Shown: positions 42,128 to 44,456 of the stretch, one piece after another | How positions within the stretch are numbered: the first letter of the stretch is position 1 | Layout: each line of letters opens with the position of its first letter | DNA from: an uncultured Christensenella sp. | GTDB lineage: Bacteria > Bacillota > Clostridia > Christensenellales > Borkfalkiaceae | Direction of reading: 5' to 3' | Assembly (NCBI GenBank): GCA_910578655.1 | Contig: CAJTQE010000003.1 | Location: 1 to 44,456, forward strand | DNA length: 44,456 bases | The notes under the pieces: generated by a model | Databases searched by the model: none | The model's input: only the letters and a program-made list of their open reading frames with translations | What the model was told of the DNA's origin: nothing | Made by a program: the position numbers and the translations under genes

Positions 42128-43484
42128 ACTTGCATTAAAAACTTGCGCAAAAATTATTGCTCGGACAAACGCGACCGCCGCGTTTGAAAATCTGGCAGGT
42201 TACGAAGTTGAAACGCTTGATTCCGTTTTTGAGTCAAGCCGCAACTTCGACACTTTAAATAAAAAGCTTGCCGCTCGCGTATTGGACGCGGCGCAGAAGC
42301 GGGACGTATGTTACTGCGTCGACGGTGCGGTATGCGAGGACGAGGCCTGCAAAATAATAATTAAAAAACACGCCGACGTCTGCGTTATCGAGGGCGTTTC
42401 CAAAAGCGCGCATATAGCAAGCGCGGCTAAGCTGAACGCTCCGCTGTACAGCGCGGTTTCGGCGTACGGAATAGAAAGTTTAAAAAGTTCGCCTGCGGCA
42501 GTCGTTTACGACGTCGACTGCTATTACATAGCAAGCCTGATTAAAGAAAAGCTTGCAGCCCTGTACGGTGACGAGGCGGACTGCACTTTCGTGAGGGGCG
42601 AAAGCGCTACGCGCATTAAAGTTTACGAAATAGACAGGCAAAAGGACTACGATGCGTCTTGCGCGGTTGCGATAGAGGAGGGCGAGTTTCTCAAAAAAGA
42701 GCGATACGACTACGCCGATTTACTCAACCTTATCAAGCTTTTAAGAAAGCCCGACGGCTGTCCCTGGGACAGGGCGCAGACCAACGCAAGCATAAAGGGC
42801 AACACGATAGAGGAAGCGTACGAGCTTGCCGATGCCATAGAGCGCGGCGATGACGACGGGATAGAGGAGGAAACGGGCGACGTGCTTTTGCAGGCTGCGT
42901 TCCATTCCGTAATTAAGGAAGAGCAGGGCGTGTTCAGCGGCGGCGACGCGATAACGCGATTAGTCAAAAAACTCATTTTCCGCCATTCGCATATATTCGG
43001 AGAAGATAAAGCCGACGGCAGTGACGACGCGCTCGTTGTCTGGGAAAAGAACAAGAATATAGAAAAAAATGTGACGACTTTCGGCGAAAGCGTGGGGGCG
43101 GTTCCTTCAAACTTTCCAGCGTGTATGTACGCGCAAAAGGTTGGCAAACGCGCCGCCAAAAGCGGAATGGATTTTCTCTCGCCGGCGTCCGCGTTCGAAA
43201 GGCTGCAGGACGAATTTTCAGAGCTTACCGACGCAATACAGTCGGAAGATAAGGAGAGGGTGTTCGACGAGGCCGGCGACGTACTGCTTTCCGCCGTCAA
43301 TGCCTGCCGGCTTGCAGGCGTAGACTGCGAAAACGCTTTGAGAGCTTCCGCACAGAAGTTTGCAAAACGGTTTACAGAGTGCGAAAAGTTAATTCTCGCC
43401 GACGGCAAAAATATGACCGACTTGGACGGACGGGAACTCGATATATATTGGGAACGTGCAAAAAATGCAATTAAAGAAAATTAA
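42069..43484 (+). CDS. mazG: YabN-like fusion: tetrapyrrole-methylase-like domain + MazG nucleoside triphosphate pyrophosphohydrolase
   Basis: 471 aa, RBS GGAGGA. N-terminus MKITLIGLGNS. Two MazG EExxE/D-type segments (IEEAYELADAIE...EETGDVLLQ and FSELTDAI...DEAGDVLL). Confidence 0.85.
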   Translation: MKITLIGLGNSQGDLTAKAELALKTCAKIIARTNATAAFENLAGYEVETLDSVFESSRNFDTLNKKLAARVLDAAQKRDVCYCVDGAVCEDEACKIIIKKHADVCVIEGVSKSAHIASAAKLNAPLYSAVSAYGIESLKSSPAAVVYDVDCYYIASLIKEKLAALYGDEADCTFVRGESATRIKVYEIDRQKDYDASCAVAIEEGEFLKKERYDYADLLNLIKLLRKPDGCPWDRAQTNASIKGNTIEEAYELADAIERGDDDGIEEETGDVLLQAAFHSVIKEEQGVFSGGDAITRLVKKLIFRHSHIFGEDKADGSDDALVVWEKNKNIEKNVTTFGESVGAVPSNFPACMYAQKVGKRAAKSGMDFLSPASAFERLQDEFSELTDAIQSEDKERVFDEAGDVLLSAVNACRLAGVDCENALRASAQKFAKRFTECEKLILADGKNMTDLDGRELDIYWERAKNAIKEN

Positions 43485-44403
43485 AATAGCGTCGCTTGAA
43501 AGCAAAAACAACGTTTTTTTGGCTCCGCTTGCAGGCTACACCAACGCGGTGTTCCGCAAGATGTGTTACGAACTCGGCGCAGGGCTGACTTATACGGAAA
43601 TGGTCAGCGCAAAGGGGCTTGTTTACGGCAGTGAAAAGACAAAAGAGCTTTTGGCAATTCCCGACGGTTACAACGGGATTAAGGCTTGTCAGATTTTCGG
43701 CGCGGACCCATCGGTTTTAGAACGCGCGGCGTGCGGAGAGGACTTGGCTCCGTTCGATTTGATAGATATCAATATGGGCTGCCCTATGCCCAAAATTTAC
43801 AACAACGGCGAGGGCAGCGCGCTTTTAAACGATTTCGCGCTTGCCGGTAAAGTTATATCCGCAGTCAAAAAAAGCGGCAAAGCAGTTTCCGTAAAGTTCA
43901 GAATAGGGCTTACTGAAGACAAGATAATTTCCGCAGAATTTGCAAAGTTATGCGAGGATTCGGGTGCGGATATGATTTGCGTTCACGGCAGAACGCGCGA
44001 TAAAATCTATTCGGGCGCGGTAGACTGCGGAGCGATAGAAAGGGCGAAAAACGCCGTCGGCATTCCCGTTATAGCTAACGGCGGAATTTTTTCAAGCGCG
44101 GACGCCGGCAAGCTTATCGAAAGGACGGGCGCGGACGGCGTTATGATAGCGCGCGGAGCAATGTTCCGCCCTTGGATATTTGCAAAGATTACGGGCGTTG
44201 AATACGACGCTAAAAGTTTGGTTGAACGACAGCTTGAAGAAACGGTTAAGGCTTACGGCGAGCGCTTCGCCTGCGTATATATGCGCAAGATGATTGCTTT
44301 TTATTTAAAGAATAAACCTAACGCCGCGGCTATTAGGGCGCGGCTTATGCAAGCCCCTACGACGGACGAAGTCAGACTGATATTGAACGGAATAGAATTT
44401 TAA
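43465..44403 (+). CDS. dusB: tRNA-dihydrouridine synthase
   Basis: ORF 43456..44403; ATG 43465 is used as the start. Motifs LAPLAGYTN, IDINMGCP, VKFRIG, VHGRTR, ANGGI. Confidence 0.85.
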   Translation: MQLKKIKIASLESKNNVFLAPLAGYTNAVFRKMCYELGAGLTYTEMVSAKGLVYGSEKTKELLAIPDGYNGIKACQIFGADPSVLERAACGEDLAPFDLIDINMGCPMPKIYNNGEGSALLNDFALAGKVISAVKKSGKAVSVKFRIGLTEDKIISAEFAKLCEDSGADMICVHGRTRDKIYSGAVDCGAIERAKNAVGIPVIANGGIFSSADAGKLIERTGADGVMIARGAMFRPWIFAKITGVEYDAKSLVERQLEETVKAYGERFACVYMRKMIAFYLKNKPNAAAIRARLMQAPTTDEVRLILNGIEF

Positions 44404-44410
44404 TAAAAAT

Positions 44411-44434
44411 CCACGGGTAAAACCCGTGGTTTTT
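44411..44434 (+). terminator. Intrinsic terminator after dusB
   Basis: Stem CCACGGG / CCCGTGG with loop TAAAA, followed by TTTTT. Confidence 0.85.
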
Positions 44435-44456
44435 CAATTTGGGGTAAAACCCCTTG

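Noticed and set aside
1-44456. tRNA, rRNA, tmRNA or CRISPR arrays anywhere in the window
   Set aside because: All intergenic regions are short (mostly under 200 nt) and are explained by promoters or terminators. No cloverleaf-like or direct-repeat/spacer structure was seen.

Overview
This looks like a chromosomal segment of a spore-forming Firmicute, probably Clostridia-like. Evidence: spoIIE, spoVT-yabM-yabN gene order, and sigma-A type promoters. No tRNA, rRNA, CRISPR array, transposase or integrase was recognised.

Housekeeping content: a DapL-type diaminopimelate/lysine route split into two loci (dapF-dapL at 3.0-5.3 kb; asd-dapA-dapB at 23.4-26.1 kb), malQ, lgt, ppa, a LysR regulator divergent from a malic enzyme, yabN/mazG and dusB.

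Accessory content is interleaved with this:
1. An ECF sigma / membrane protein / VWA lipoprotein operon (0.1-2.9 kb).
2. A strongly AT-rich islet with a second sigma factor, a membrane protein and a secreted papain-like protein with a CxxC-rich tail (6.9-9.9 kb).
3. A run of a Wzz-like membrane protein, a HelD-like helicase and a 1871-aa SF1 helicase fused to a restriction-endonuclease-like fold (12.4-22.0 kb).
4. Directly after that, an AT-rich orphan gene divergent from a tandemly duplicated XRE repressor gene, each copy carrying a perfect 14-bp palindrome (22.0-23.4 kb).
5. An orphan AT-rich gene (28.0-28.6 kb).
6. A lipoprotein/esterase/membrane-hydrolase operon (31.1-35.7 kb).
7. A 1397-aa surface protein gene inserted between spoVT and yabM. 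Its reading frame is broken by a G11 homopolymer just after a strong promoter, RBS and ATG, so it is a candidate phase-variation switch.

The best candidate for an undescribed system is the central helicase-nuclease plus XRE/orphan neighbourhood (16.3-23.4 kb). All family assignments come from motif recognition by eye; no database search was run.
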